This document shows, in pieces, positions 39,616 through 51,800 of a stretch of DNA of 64,000 nucleotides. The notes beneath the pieces were generated by a model. That model ran no database searches. It saw nothing but the letters and a program-made list of their open reading frames with translations, and was not told where the DNA came from. Origin of the DNA: Hydrolagus affinis (lineage: Eukaryota); assembly GCA_012026655.1 (NCBI GenBank), contig JAAILG010000621.1:1-64000 (forward strand), in the 5' to 3' direction. Position numbers and translations under genes: made by a program. Positions within the stretch are counted from its first letter, which is position 1. Each line of letters begins with the position of its first letter.

Positions 39616-40319
39616 CAAATTAAATAAAAAGAACTGTTATTGTGGGAGGCAGGAGACCCATTTGGAGGGGTATTGGCAAGGTATCAGTCAAAGCCAACTA
39701 TTTCCTACTGCCTAGCAATCAGCTCTTCACTACCGTGTCACTGAATATCAATGTCACCGCACTGAAAACCATTTCAGAAAATCATCTTGTATTTTATTAT
39801 ATTAATCTGCCCTCTATATAGAGCAGTATACAGTCCCTTCCATCATCATCCTCATCACTTTGCTGATATCTTCTGCCTACCATTAAGCTTTTAAAATCCA
39901 ACTCATTCTTCTTTTCTTCCATGCTCTGATACAAAACCCTCCTGGTTACTCTTTGGTCTCTGATTCTCTTCAAATGCTCGGAAAGCATACAGTCATAACT
40001 CTCCACTTCCACACTCATTCTTTCTACGTTGTTTGATAAAACCCTATTTATTTTCTTTTGGCCAATGTGAACTGATTAAATATCATAGGGTGAGAAGTCT
40101 TACTTGACTGCATGTTTCTAATTGGACTCTAGGAGTGTATATATGTGGTGTCTGTGTATGGGGATGGGGGGTGGAGAGGGTGGTGGATGCACGGTGAGGT
40201 GGATGGATGGTGGGGTACAGGTGTATTTAACCTTGGGTTGATTAGTCAATACTTTTCAGTTTAACACCGGTGATAATATGGTGAGTATTATTATGTTTTT
40301 ACTACACTCTTCCTCTTCA

Positions 40320-40463
40320 ACGGCCCCATTGGCCACTCCAAATCCCTCACTTTCCCTCCACCCTCCCTGTCCCCAGCTCGGGTCTGAAACAATTACTGTC
40401 CAGCGCCTTGTGATGTCCTCCTGACATGAAAGGCGCTCTACAAGTGTAATTTTGTTGTTGTTG
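40320..40463 (+). mobile_element. L2 3' end with (TTG)n
   Basis: cagcgccttgtgatgtcctcctgacatgaaaggcgctctacaagtgtaattttgttgttgttg. Confidence 0.88.
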
Positions 40464-40615
40464 GCATGTGTGAGTGTGTAGCAATTTCAGATACACACTG
40501 CCTCCTTCGAACTTCATGAGTGTATTCCGGGATATATGGTTCCGTTCTGGAGAGAATGTAATGGCACAGTGTTTCCAGACTGTGTTTGATTAGTTAATGT
40601 CAGTTGCAAGGATAT

Positions 40616-41573
40616 AACAACAACAACAAAATTACATTTATAGAGTGCCTTTCACATCGGAGGACGTCCCAAGGGGCTGAAAAATTAGGTTGGGACCCAA
40701 ATAGGGGGGTGGGGGGGTGGTTGGAGTAGGGGGAAGGGGAAAGAGTAGGAGAGGGGGAAGAGTTAGGAGGGAAGCAGAAGGCACGGTGGAAGTGGAAGGT
40801 CTTGAGACTGGCCTTGAAGGAGGAAAGGGAGGAAGTGAGGTGAAGGGATTGTGCGATGGAGTTCCATAGTGTGGAAGCAGAGAGGCTGAATGTCCGGCCA
40901 CCAATGGTAGGGCGGTAGGGCAGTGGACGCAGAGCAGGCCAGAGCCCGCTGAATGGAGGGGACGAGCAGGCTGATAGGGAGTCAGCAGGTCAGAGAGATA
41001 GGTGGGGGCAATGTGAATGGCTTTGAAGGTGAGGCCGAGGATCTTGAATTCGATCCTCTGGGAGATGTGGAGCCAGTGCAGACAGATGAGGGTGGGAGAC
41101 AGAGCCTAGTGTGGGAGAGTACACAAGCTGCAGAGTTCTAAATAATCTACAGCTTGTGAAGGGAGTAGTTAGGAAGGCCAATGAGGAGAGAGTTCCCGTA
41201 ATCAAGCCTAGATGTAATGAATGCGTGGATGAGTGTTTTGGCAGCATGCGTGGCGAGGTAGTGGCAGAGTCTGGCAATGTTACGGAGGTGGTGGAAGGCT
41301 GTATCGGTCATGGCGCAGAAATGATGGAGGAAGGACAGTTCGGGATCAAACAAGATGCCCAGATTCCTGACTGTCTTCGAGAGGTGGAGAGAGCAGCCTT
41401 GAATGCTGATGTTGTCAGTGCCTGAGGTGCGGAGGCGCTGATGAGAGCCGATCAAGAGGGCCTCTGTCTTGTTGATGTTAAGTTGGTGGAAATTGTCCCT
41501 CATCCAGGACTCAATGTCAGACACACACGCAGTCAGGATGCCAGTAGTCCTGGAGTTGAGAGTGGAAGCAGAG
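40616..41573 (-). mobile_element. 5'-truncated L2 LINE (RT C-terminal region to tail), longest copy in the window
   Basis: ORF 41147-41524 reads SDIESWMRDNFHQLNINKTEALLIG...VRNLGILFDPELSF...HLRNIARL...LIHAFITSRLDYGNSLLIGLP, a classic L2 ORF2; frameshifted downstream; (CAA)n at 40616. Confidence 0.96.
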
Positions 41574-41574
41574 G

Positions 41575-41697
41575 CAAAGGTAGAACAATTAGCTTCAGCA
41601 TCCCTGGGCTAGAGAGGAAAAAATCAGCCAGGCTTCCTGTATCTGATCACTATCCAGTGACCCCTACTGAAAATTATATGTTGGATGAGAACAAGAT
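41575..41697 (+). mobile_element. LF-SINE-like middle piece; other pieces at ~40570-40612 and 42033-42115
   Basis: acaattagcttcagcatccctgggctagagaggaaaaaatcagccagg...ctgatcactatccagtgacccctactg. Confidence 0.8.
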
Positions 41698-42032
41698 TAA
41701 GATAATAATAACGAGATTAAGATGATGATAATAATCCTTGCATTTGATATAGCGTTTTTCATGTCTTGGAGACGTCTCAAAGCGCTTCAAAGAATTTACT
41801 GTAAAGTGAATTGACTATATTTGTGAGCGAAACGTGACAGCCAATTGCACGCAGCAGTGTCCTACAAACAGTTGTGGATTTAGTGACCAAATTACTATTG
41901 TTTTTTTTCTTGAGGGATTATTATCAGGCATGTGGAGCAAGGAAACTTGCCCACGGTTTGGCCCTGCCAAGAATCAAGCCCAGGTTTCTCACTTGTGAGG
42001 CAAGTGCTCTAACCACTGAGCTACAGGACTCC
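41698..42032 (-). mobile_element. Young full-length tRNA-derived SINE
   Basis: Reverse complement of the 35278 family ending ccactgagctacaggactcc; flanked by ACAAGAT at 41691-41697 and 42033-42039. Confidence 0.93.
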
Positions 42033-43094
42033 ACAAGATGTGCCCTAAATTTGGTTGCCTGCCAGCACTGACGACCTAGACTCAAACACAATGACCATTT
42101 GGGAAAGGTGACAGCTGTTAACAATTAGATTGTACTGTAATCCGACAAGCCTTAGCACCACTGGAACAGAACAGGGAGAAATTGGATGAAAAAGAAACCA
42201 CAGAGATCCTCCCAGCTAATCCAGTGTGATTTACCAAGGGAGCTTGAATTGGAATGTGGTAAGCACGGAGTTGCTTCTGTGCAACTCGCTGATCTTCGGA
42301 AATCTCAGAGGAAGAACGTTGTGCTTTTCCTTTCTCTTGTGTCTCAATAGAGCCACAGGGGTAAAAACTGTACAATTGCTGGCCTGGTTGCATTTTAATT
42401 TTGGGTTACAGTGCATCAAGGAAAGTCATGAAAGTCATTACATTTGGTGCTAGATTTTAACTTGCCTGTTATGCCTTTATTGCACATCTCATACTGATGT
42501 ACATGATTAGACCAGTTGGATAAGTGAACAACAAAAGAAAGCTTTAAAAAGGCATGACAAATTCTAAAGTTTCAAGTCGGAGACATGAGTTTTTGTTTAG
42601 TCTGAAATATTAGTGGTTTAGCAGAAAAGTGTTTCACAGAGCAGTAAGCTGTTTATATATTCTGTCAGAAACCTAATACCATTACTGTTCGTTAATAATT
42701 GGCAGCAAAGTAACAGCATGAACTGTGCGTTTGAACATTCCAGCTTTCCGAAGTGAAAAATAGTTCTCACAAAGGCTTTGTAAGGTATGTCAGGAGTATA
42801 GGCCACTGCACTTCAGGCAGATGTGCTCATTCTACTGCCTTACCACAAATCATTTCTATTTCATTCTATCTCATGGTATAAGCAATAGTTTCTAAGAGTG
42901 TTTGGGTGATATTCTTGGTAATTGCCTTTTAACCCTTTTCATAACCAATAACCAATAAAGCTCAAAGAAATAATAATAATCTTGCATGTGTTACAGTGCC
43001 CTATCATTTTGCAATGTGTCAAAGTGAGCAATACTATTCAAAATGAGATCCCCATTGAGCTTGGGATGATGTAACTGAGAACTAGCAGGCCTTG

Positions 43095-43402
43095 GATGAT
43101 AATAATAATAATAATCATCCTTGCATTTGATATAGCGCTTTTCATGTCTTCTAGACGTCTCAAAGCACTTCACAGAATATACTGTAAAGTTAATTGACTG
43201 TATGTTTGTGGGCAAAACGCGGCAGCCAATTGCATACAGCAGTGACCCACAACTGCAATGGTTTGAGTGACCATACGTTTTTTTTGAGGGATCATTATTA
43301 GGCATGTGGAGTAAGGAAACTTGCCTAAAGCTTCGCACTGCCTGGAATCAAACCCAGGCCTCTTGCTTGAAAGGCGAGTGCTCTGAACACTAAGCTACAG
43401 GA
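43095..43402 (-). mobile_element. Young full-length tRNA-derived SINE
   Basis: (TAA)n, ccttgcatttgatatagcg...ggcatgtggagtaaggaaacttgcc...gctacagga. Confidence 0.92.
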
Positions 43403-44669
43403 AAGCATATAATGCGGTTCAGAAGGTATCAGGAAGATACCACAAGTGACCACATTTCAACAGGTTACTTCAAAGCTCTGCAGTGTGTACTATCCTACTT
43501 AAAAGCACTGGATCCAATGCAATTTACTGCTGTGGCCCACATTCTGGATCCATTTGTAAGATTCACAAAGAGAACTACTACTGACTGAGCAATTACAGTT
43601 AACAACATGCCCATTGTTAAATAAAATTCTACTTGCTTGTGTTTCAATCTGCTGCAAAACTGCAAGAATGGAAATATTTAATTGCCCAGAAGGGCCTACA
43701 ACTCTATTTACTGTTTACACTGTGCACTTTACTCCAAGTTCAGTCCAATATTGTTGCTTGCCTTGCATATTGACTCCCAGTGTATAATTTGTTGGTATAG
43801 AACCCTCAGTGTGTAACTACTTGTAGCATAAAAAAAATCTCTGCCTCCACCATCAGCAAGATCGTACTGTTTCAGGGCAGACACCCATCCATGTAAATAT
43901 TGCACAAATAGTTCTTACAGAGGTTTTGTAGTTCATCACAAAGGCCGTCTCATTTGTTCGAGGTTGATATTTTAGCAGTGTGGTAACTATTGGGCTTATA
44001 TCAGCACCTAAAGTTACACGACAAGTTTCACAGATGACTTTGTCAGGCTTTGCTCCCACTTGCAGCAAACATATAGTGAGGCAGTGGGGTCATTGCTAAA
44101 GCTCAAATCACACCATCCATGTCATGTTGTGATGTCCTTACACAATGTGTTGCCATCACTCCTTATCTCGGTGGTACCTGGGGTTCCTTTGGGTGTTGGT
44201 GTGAATGGGATTTTATCTGTGCCGTTTAAATAATTCCAGGAAATTGTGTCAGCTTTCAGCTTTCCCCTTGGGAAAGTCAACTGAATATTAATACATAAAG
44301 GGACAGCGGGGAACCACATTTCACAGATATTCCCATAGTCACTGCTCAAGGAAGCAATGGTGGGCTTAAAGCATGATAAATTACTTTACCTGTGCAAAAA
44401 AGTATTTGAAGTCGCTCGTGGTGCCATTTTATTATTGCCTGCACATTGTTTCCTGTTCCATTCCTGCACAATGGTAGTATGACACTGCTCTAAAAGCCAG
44501 AGCCCGCCATGGCTCCGAGAGGCTATCCAGTGTTAAGGGTGCTATATAAATACAAGTTGTATTGGCATTGTCTCACACATAGTGGCCTTCATTTGCAATG
44601 GCTAAAAGAGAATGGGAAATAAATCTTTTAAAACTTTTCCATTATTTTTCATGCCATTATTTCCTATTT

Positions 44670-44895
44670 TTGTGTGCGTGAGTGAGTGAGCACATGTATG
44701 TGTGTGTTTGATCTTTGTGTGTGAGTGTATGTGCGTGCTTGTGACTGATCTGTGTATGTGTTCAAATGCATGTGCATATATGATTGATTGATGTGTGCAT
44801 TTGAGTGAGGGCATGCATGTGTGGAATTAATCTGTGTAAATGCATGCACATGTGTGTGTTTGATTAGTGTATGAGTACAAGCATGTGTGTGTTTG
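44670..44895 (+). repeat. Degenerate (TG)n-rich low-complexity tract
   Basis: Repeated tgtgtg and tgtgtgtttgat units; it explains the His/Thr-rich spurious ORFs. Confidence 0.85.
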
Positions 44896-47800
44896 ATCTC
44901 CATGATGACACCATACGATTTATGTGTAGGTCTGATATTCCTGTAGGTTGAGAGAAAGGGGGAAGAGGGGGGTCTGGACAAGGGAGGCACTGTGGATCTG
45001 AGAGGGTGAATGAGTTTTAAATACTGATATATTCTGGGTGATTCTTCCTGGACAGACTCGGAAGGCATTCTTAAAACCAAAATTATCCTGTAATTTAGCA
45101 AAGAGAAATGGACAGACACAGAAAAGATGATAGCCTCATCCTCCTTCTCCTTGATATCTAACCAAGTACAGCTGCCAACTAATCACTTAGAAAACTGGAT
45201 GAGTTAAAAGGCAGCATCATCTGATATGTTATCAAAAAGCCCTAGCCATTTATGTCCGGTTAGTTTTGTGAATTTGATTCTATTCTGTTCAGTACTATCC
45301 CAAGAATTTAGAGCACAGTCTTTCAACAGAGGCAAAGAAAGAGTTAAGAGAGCATCACTGTGTGACAGCTGAGCTCTGGTAAAGTATTCAGACTGAGAAG
45401 AGATTCTCAGTGAGAACCAAAGGCGTAGACAATGATTCAACATTGCATTTGTTCCCTTCAATTAACAGTTGTGACACAGTGTAAGAGAAATATACCTTAT
45501 GATGCATTCTCCCACTCAAGATAGCCTTGCAGATGTCTGACAATTGCAATTATATTTGTGCATTGTCTGAGAAATATTCATTTCACTGTATTGTATAGTG
45601 AAAAGAAACACTCAGAGCTTCCTGTTTTGATGTTCTATAGTAAACAGTGTAACGCTTGTAGATTATCATCTTGGATGCAAGAGATGAAAGAAGACACATT
45701 CACTTAGAGACCAAAAGGCAGCTTGCAAATCTTAAATAGTTAAACTGGCATCTCACGCACAGATTGTGGGTGTTTATTCCCAATAGTTTTTCAGCTGCTG
45801 GCAAGAGGGAGGAATGGGGATAGTGGGGTGGGAGGGGGTGGAAACGGAGGTTTAGTCAAGCATCTTTTCTATTGGAAAATTCCAGCAGTGTTACTTGTGA
45901 TATGAGAAATGGTGCATTTAAATGAATACCTTTTGTTTCAGACTGCATTTCCTGTTACCTTGTTAACGATCTCCTCTGTGCAGGATAAGTGCTTGTCTGT
46001 CTGTGTCGATGATATAAAACAGATTTAACTCTAGTGATTTATTAAAACTGTTCATTAGTTTAAGGAGCATTCCTGTGTGATGAAGCTATCAACATGAACT
46101 GTGGTATATTCTAATAGCACATTAGAGCTTGAGGCAAAAAGAAAGAACGTAGAAATAACATTTGTGCTTTTGGCTTAATTTCGAAATACTGCACCAATGG
46201 TATGAAAATTAAAATAGGTTTTGGAAGCATAACATTGTGGAAAACTGGCATTGAATGATGGAAAAGCAAGAAAGATTAACAACCAATCGTGATTTTCTCC
46301 ATGTATTTTTTTAAATGGAAGCCTAAAAACTATTATTATGCCACAAAAAAAATGCAAAATATCTGTCTTTTGGAAAATTGTTTGTATAAATTTCCTCAAT
46401 AACTATTTAGCAATTGAAACTAATGCATATACTGCACGATTCATTTTAGGCTCTGGTGAGATAATGTATGGTTAAACTTCTTTCTGTTTATACTCACTAT
46501 TTTTGTACTGTTTGCCCTGTTACTTACTGTAATTGTGTTAAGGATTGTGAATCATGAAGTTATCTGTTATCATTTTCATTCCGATGATAACACTTTCAGG
46601 CTGCAACGCTCGTTGTGGGTGGTGAGTGGTTAAAAGCGATGAAATTAAAGGTTTCTTGAGATCGTTATATGCCTCAGCGAACGCAAAGGTTTTTTAGAAT
46701 TTCATTTGAAAACTCAGCTACTCATCTGCCACTCTGAACATTTTCATTGCAAGATAAATGGAATTAAAAATACATGGAAAAGCTTTTTGTTCCTGGGCAT
46801 AATGATACGAAATCCAAGTTTTGATTTCACATAAATTGCTTTTCTCTCTCTCTCTCCCCACTCCCTCTCTCTTCCCTCCAGCCCACTATGTGGTTAAGTA
46901 AATAACAGCTTGGCATTGCTTGTGTGGAAAGGGGTTTGAGAAACATGGTGTGCCAGAAGGAAATGGGAACCGAATTCCTCTGGAATGAGCAGGGAGGAAA
47001 TTACAAACTGGCAGCCTGTTTGACCACGTTATATAAAGGCTCTTCCTAAGCATGTAACAGTGCCAGATCTCAGTAGGTGAGGATGATGAAATAATAAAGT
47101 GCTTCCCATGTGTGCTTTGCATTAGGCGTGTTTTGTTTTCTTTCTCTGCCCAGTGGAAACATAACAGCAGAGCCGGGGCAGATTGAGTTAATCTATGGGG
47201 ACCAACAGCTGCATAAATAATTGAAAACTAGTGATCAAAATAATTACTAGAAGCCTATAGCTGGATGATGGAAATCATCAGCCGGACCTACTTTCGTTCC
47301 TAGATAGGCAGCTATCCATAATGAGCTGCCTTTCCAAGCCTAGATAAAAGGCAGAGATTTGAGATTTATGGGCGTGCTTGTGGAACTTTACTTCCTTTTG
47401 GGTCTTTCCAAACCATTCATATCACTATTAGATTTGTGTGTAGTTTACCTCCACCTGTCATCTGTGGTTTCTAATTATAACCTTGAGCCTAATTTGTCCA
47501 TCACAATACATCTATCATACTTGCGTGTGCCAAAAAGATTTTTAAATCGTAAAAGCCATTTTATTGGACTTCTGGTTCAGCTTCACAAGTGTGAGTGTTA
47601 TTGCAACCTAATGCATTGGGCATTGCGGCCAATGGATTTGTGTGTTCGCAACCGGACAGGGGAATAAACACTTTCAGACCCAATCCTTTTTATAAAGTAG
47701 GCTATTTGAAAGAAAAAGGGGAAAACTTGAAGCAAGTTTGTTCATGTGGTCGCATTGAATGAATTTAACACATTTTAAAAAGCTGTCCTCTATGAAAAGA

Positions 47801-48019
47801 AACAAATACCCATTCACTCCAGTAATCAAGGATTATTACATCTGCAGTTCAGAGAATCATTATCACAGTGTTACTAAGATAATCATGTAATATGTAAAAC
47901 ATGGTGAAATGTTTTATAATACAAGACAATTATCGGAGCAACAGTGCTACAAGATCAGTACATTGAATTACAAATAACTTCTTATCTAATTCTTATGGTT
48001 AAATCAATGCTAACAATGT

Positions 48020-48113
48020 ATTACTTTACAGTATATTCTGTGAAGTGCTCAGAGATGTCTAGAAAATGTGAAAAGCACAATATCAAATGCAAGGATTCTT
48101 CTTCTTATTATTA
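48020..48113 (+). mobile_element. 3' fragment of the young SINE
   Basis: actttacagtatattctgtgaagtgc...tatcaaatgcaaggattcttcttcttattatt. Confidence 0.85.
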
Positions 48114-49050
48114 GCAATTCAGCTTCAACACTTTTGCTCCATGGCTGTGGCCTGTTTGTTTGAGAAGGAAATGTGGAGAGTGAGCAGTGCTTTTCATCAG
48201 TGGAAAAGTTCCATGCTATACAATGGTGCAATAGAAGTCGCATTTCCTGTCTAGCAAGAGGGTCAATAATTCTATCTGCTGACTGTTGATAAACACTAAG
48301 GGAAGTCCCGACGGACTTAGTAATTATATTCTCTACATAACGATCACATCCCATGCAATCACCTCAGCCTTTGGGCTGTAGAATTGTACTGCTTATCACT
48401 CATTCCTATTCAAGAAGCTATGTGAGGTGTTGAGTTTATTCGGCAGATTGTATTGCAAGTCTTAAAGTGTGTTAGAGGTTAGATAACCACAGTGGACAGA
48501 ATTCACACTGTAAGATAAACTTCAGCCTCATCTATCTGTCAGATGAAGATAATCTGCAAGTTGGCTTGTCACCCTATGCGTTACATCAATCAGGCAAGAA
48601 ACATCAATCCACATGCAATCCTTAGGAAGCACTGCGATTGGTTGCGATCTGTGTTTTAAGCCAAAGGAAAACTTGGCTCAGTCTCAGGCCCTCTGTTTTT
48701 GTGGCAAAGAGAAAACACGAGAACCACAAACAGCAGCAGAACACAACTAAATCAGATGTTAATAAACAATTAAAACATAAATCTTTTTGTCATCAAATGA
48801 CAAAAATGTGTGCTCATTGAGGATTTAACTTACCGATATTTGTTTGTGCATCTTGTTTCTCCCAGCCAATGCCAATGTTCATCTTTCAGTTATTTTTTTT
48901 TGTCAGCTTAGTCCACATCTGTGAAACTCAGGTTATCAAAACAATGGGAGTCCATGATGCATTTTCCCAAAGTGTGGATTTATGTTGAATTTGGAAATCA
49001 CCAAAAATGATCCAAATGTGGCAATTCTGGGATGATTTACATTTATCGAC

Positions 49051-49269
49051 CAGGGTCTGAAATTCCACCTGGTTTTAGACTTACACCGGTTTTAGACTTT
49101 CGTAAAATCTTTCAAAATTCGTAATTGGGAATTAATGTTGTGTGTTTTCTTTGAGATCTACACAAACTAGCTCCCAAACTGAGACCAAATTAAGACCAAA
49201 TTTATGGATTTACCAACTTTCTGCGTACTGTGCAGAATCAGTTTTAAAAACAGGTGGAATTCAGGCCTG
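49051..49269. mobile_element. MITE-like non-autonomous DNA transposon (~220 bp)
   Basis: Imperfect ~30-bp TIRs: CAGGGTCTGAAATTCCACCTGGTTTTAGAC at the left, and CAGGCCTGAATTCCACCTGTTTTTAAAAC as the reverse complement of the right end. No TSD seen. Confidence 0.65.
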
Positions 49270-49324
49270 AGGACAGGCAATAAACTCAATACTGTCCTAG
49301 CTCACAAAATTACAAGAGAGGTTT

Positions 49325-49830
49325 GAATGAAGAAGGCTAAATGGCACATTTGATCTCATTCTTACAGACTATCTCCTCTCATTCCAGCATCAAGTTGTTT
49401 CTTAAATGATTCCAGCATTCTCGCCTCAACATTGAAGGGATACTTCCTCATGTTTATTCCATCCTATGTATCCCAGAACCTATTCACTCTTGTTCTGCTC
49501 CCTTGGCATATCTAAATGTGTTGTTCTGGGTTTGCTTTCTCAATCCCATTTAAAATCTTACCTGTCTCTAAGATTTCTTCTGAGATGTCTCTTCTCAATG
49601 AAGAGTTCTGGCTTCTTGAATCATTACTCATTCCTCTTAAATTGGGGATCACCCTTGTTGTTGTCCTCTGTACTGCCTCTAGGGTGTGGACAACCCCTAA
49701 TGTCACAGTGATCAGACCTGTATGCAGTGTGATCAGCAGGCCTGAGCAATGTATAGTTTGATTATAACTCTGGAATTACGAACTAACTTGGCAATATAGC
49801 TTAGCATCCTGAACAAATAGGATAAGTGAC
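49325..49830 (-). mobile_element. CR1-clade LINE 3' part (ORF2 C-terminus and UTR)
   Basis: Minus ORF LEAVQRTTTRVIPNLRGMS...LRRD resembles the CR1 motif LERVQRRATRMIPGLRGLSYEERL. Confidence 0.85.
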
Positions 49831-50634
49831 CAAGCAAAGCTTAGCCTTATACACAGAGATATATTTGAGGATAAAACTGAAATGATTGTAAAATTATAGT
49901 TTAAGCATGAAAAATACCCCGAACTACAAACTTTGGCCATTGCTCTTAGTATATCCACTTGCTCCTTCATGCCTGCACATGCAAACTTAAATCTATTTTT
50001 TTCACACAAAGAATCTGACTGTCCCCTTGAGTGCATTTAATATAGTAGATATTTTACGAAACTGTTTTCAGGAGCTATGTGAAAGAGCGTGTGTGTGGTG
50101 GGCAAGATTAATCAGTTTACTTATATGCCTTTTCCATAAGTGACAAAATATAAAGATGTTATATTGGAAGCACTGTAATATTATCAGGAAGTGATCATAA
50201 ACTGTACGTGCTGTATCTTTTTATGTTACTTTAAGGTGACACCATCTTTTAAAATATTATTTTAATAGAAATGCATAAATTAGCCTGACTGGAGGAATGC
50301 ACCACTGATAAATCTATGGTGTCTTGGGTATAAACGCTTTCTTACAAGATTTTTTGTTTCTCCGTAAGATTGGGTGCTTGCAAATACCCGCCAAGCATGA
50401 AAATGAATGTTATGCTTCGTTTGAACCCTATCATTTAAATCTACATTATATAGCTATCCTAGAGATTACAGATTGATTGTACAGTAGAGCCAAGAGTGCA
50501 ACCTATTGAACTACAGGTAATGTAAATCAGCACTGTGTTATAACAGTGATAAATTAATCCCATTTTATGTTATCAGGGGAGCACTGTATTCAACAACTGC
50601 TGAATCCCAATGTTCAGATCGAGAAGATTATAAT

Positions 50635-50960
50635 AAAAACATAAAAAAGCACAGGGGCAGGAAAAGACCCATCAAGTTCACTGCTTACCACAGAATATGT
50701 ACAACCTTTCCTGACATGGTTACATCTAATGCATCTTTGGGGATACATTTCTACTGAAGGATATGCATCTTTGCTCCCGTGCTCTCCTGCAGACCCAGCA
50801 GTTTATAATGGAAAATGCACCAGTATATTTTACAGTTCTCTCCAGGTTGAATTCTGGGTCTGTCACACATCAAAGCAAGAAAGCAATCTGATTTATAATC
50901 AATTTTCCACGTCCGGTACTTGTTCAACAAATTGGTGATTGCTGTCTTGTCGTCAAAATA
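50635..50960 (-). mobile_element. CR1 3' end remnant
   Basis: aacataaaaaagcacaggggcaggaaaagacccatcaag head, then decayed UTR. Confidence 0.5.
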
Positions 50961-50993
50961 CAAAATATACCCTTTCAACAAAAAAATTATCAT

Positions 50994-51292
50994 GAATAAT
51001 CTTTGCATTTGATATAGCGCATTTCACATCTCCTACACATTACAAAGCGCTTCACAGAATATACTGTTAAGTGAATTAACTGTATATATGTGGGCGAAAC
51101 ATGGCAGCTAATTGCACACATCAGTGTCCCACAAACAGCTGTGCATTGAAATGACCCATTTTATTATTGTTTTTTTGGGATTATTATTAGGCATGTGGAG
51201 TAAGGAAACTTGCCCAAGGTTTCACCCTGCCTGGAATTGAACCCAGATGTCTCGCTTGTAAGGCGAGTGCTCTAACCACTGAGCTACGGGGC
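50994..51292 (-). mobile_element. Young full-length tRNA-derived SINE
   Basis: Same family; minus-strand head ccccgtagctcagtggttagagcactcgccttacaagcgag...gggttcaattcc with clear A and B boxes. Confidence 0.93.
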
Positions 51293-51377
51293 ATCATACG
51301 TGTGTTTGTGCAGACTGATGCATTGTATATACACAAATGAAGAAAATGTAATCGTCATCAGTTTTCAATTTAAGTGT

Positions 51378-51530
51378 AGATAGGAACGCAGGAACTTAGG
51401 CTGTTTTGCCCGTCAAGTCTCTTCTGCCAATTTAATAGATCACAGAAGAAGTTTTATTCCCATTTCCCTGCCTTTCCTTCATTCTCTTCCATTCCCTTAC
51501 CCTCTAACTATCTCCCTTTCAAACATTTCA
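51378..51530 (-). mobile_element. CR1 3' end remnant
   Basis: ataggaacgcaggaacttaggctgttttgcccgtcaag...ctgccaatttaatagatca. Confidence 0.55.
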
Positions 51531-51636
51531 ATCAATCAATTCTGCATCGTTTTGTTTTGGATGTGTTAAAAATGGCTTTGTGTAAATTCTGTTTGTCAGA
51601 TCCTAAAATACTTTTTTGTTTTGTACTAAAAAGAAA

Positions 51637-51800
51637 CAGAATATACTGTAAAGTAAATTGATTATACTTTGTGGGCGAAACGCGGAAGCCAATTACACAC
51701 AGCAGTGTCCCACAAACAGTGGTGGATTGAAATGATCGATTCAATATAGTTTTTTTTAGGGATTATTATCACGTGTGTGGAGTAAGGAAACCTGCCCAAT
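51637..51800 (-). mobile_element. Internal fragment of the young SINE
   Basis: cagaatatactgtaaagt...gcagtgtcccacaaacag...gtggagtaaggaaacctgccca. Confidence 0.88.

Noticed and set aside
40953-41725. Cluster of overlapping ORFs on both strands
   Set aside because: All derive from the truncated L2 copy and the adjoining LF-SINE piece; there is no endonuclease or complete RT, so the element is not autonomous.
44602-45119. His/Thr-rich ORFs of 70 and 151 aa
   Set aside because: They are translations of a degenerate TG/CA tract.
51215-51292. tRNA-like sequence with A and B boxes (also at 35278, 42032, 43402 and 59033)
   Set aside because: These are SINE heads continuing into the SINE body and tail; no acceptor stem closes a tRNA.
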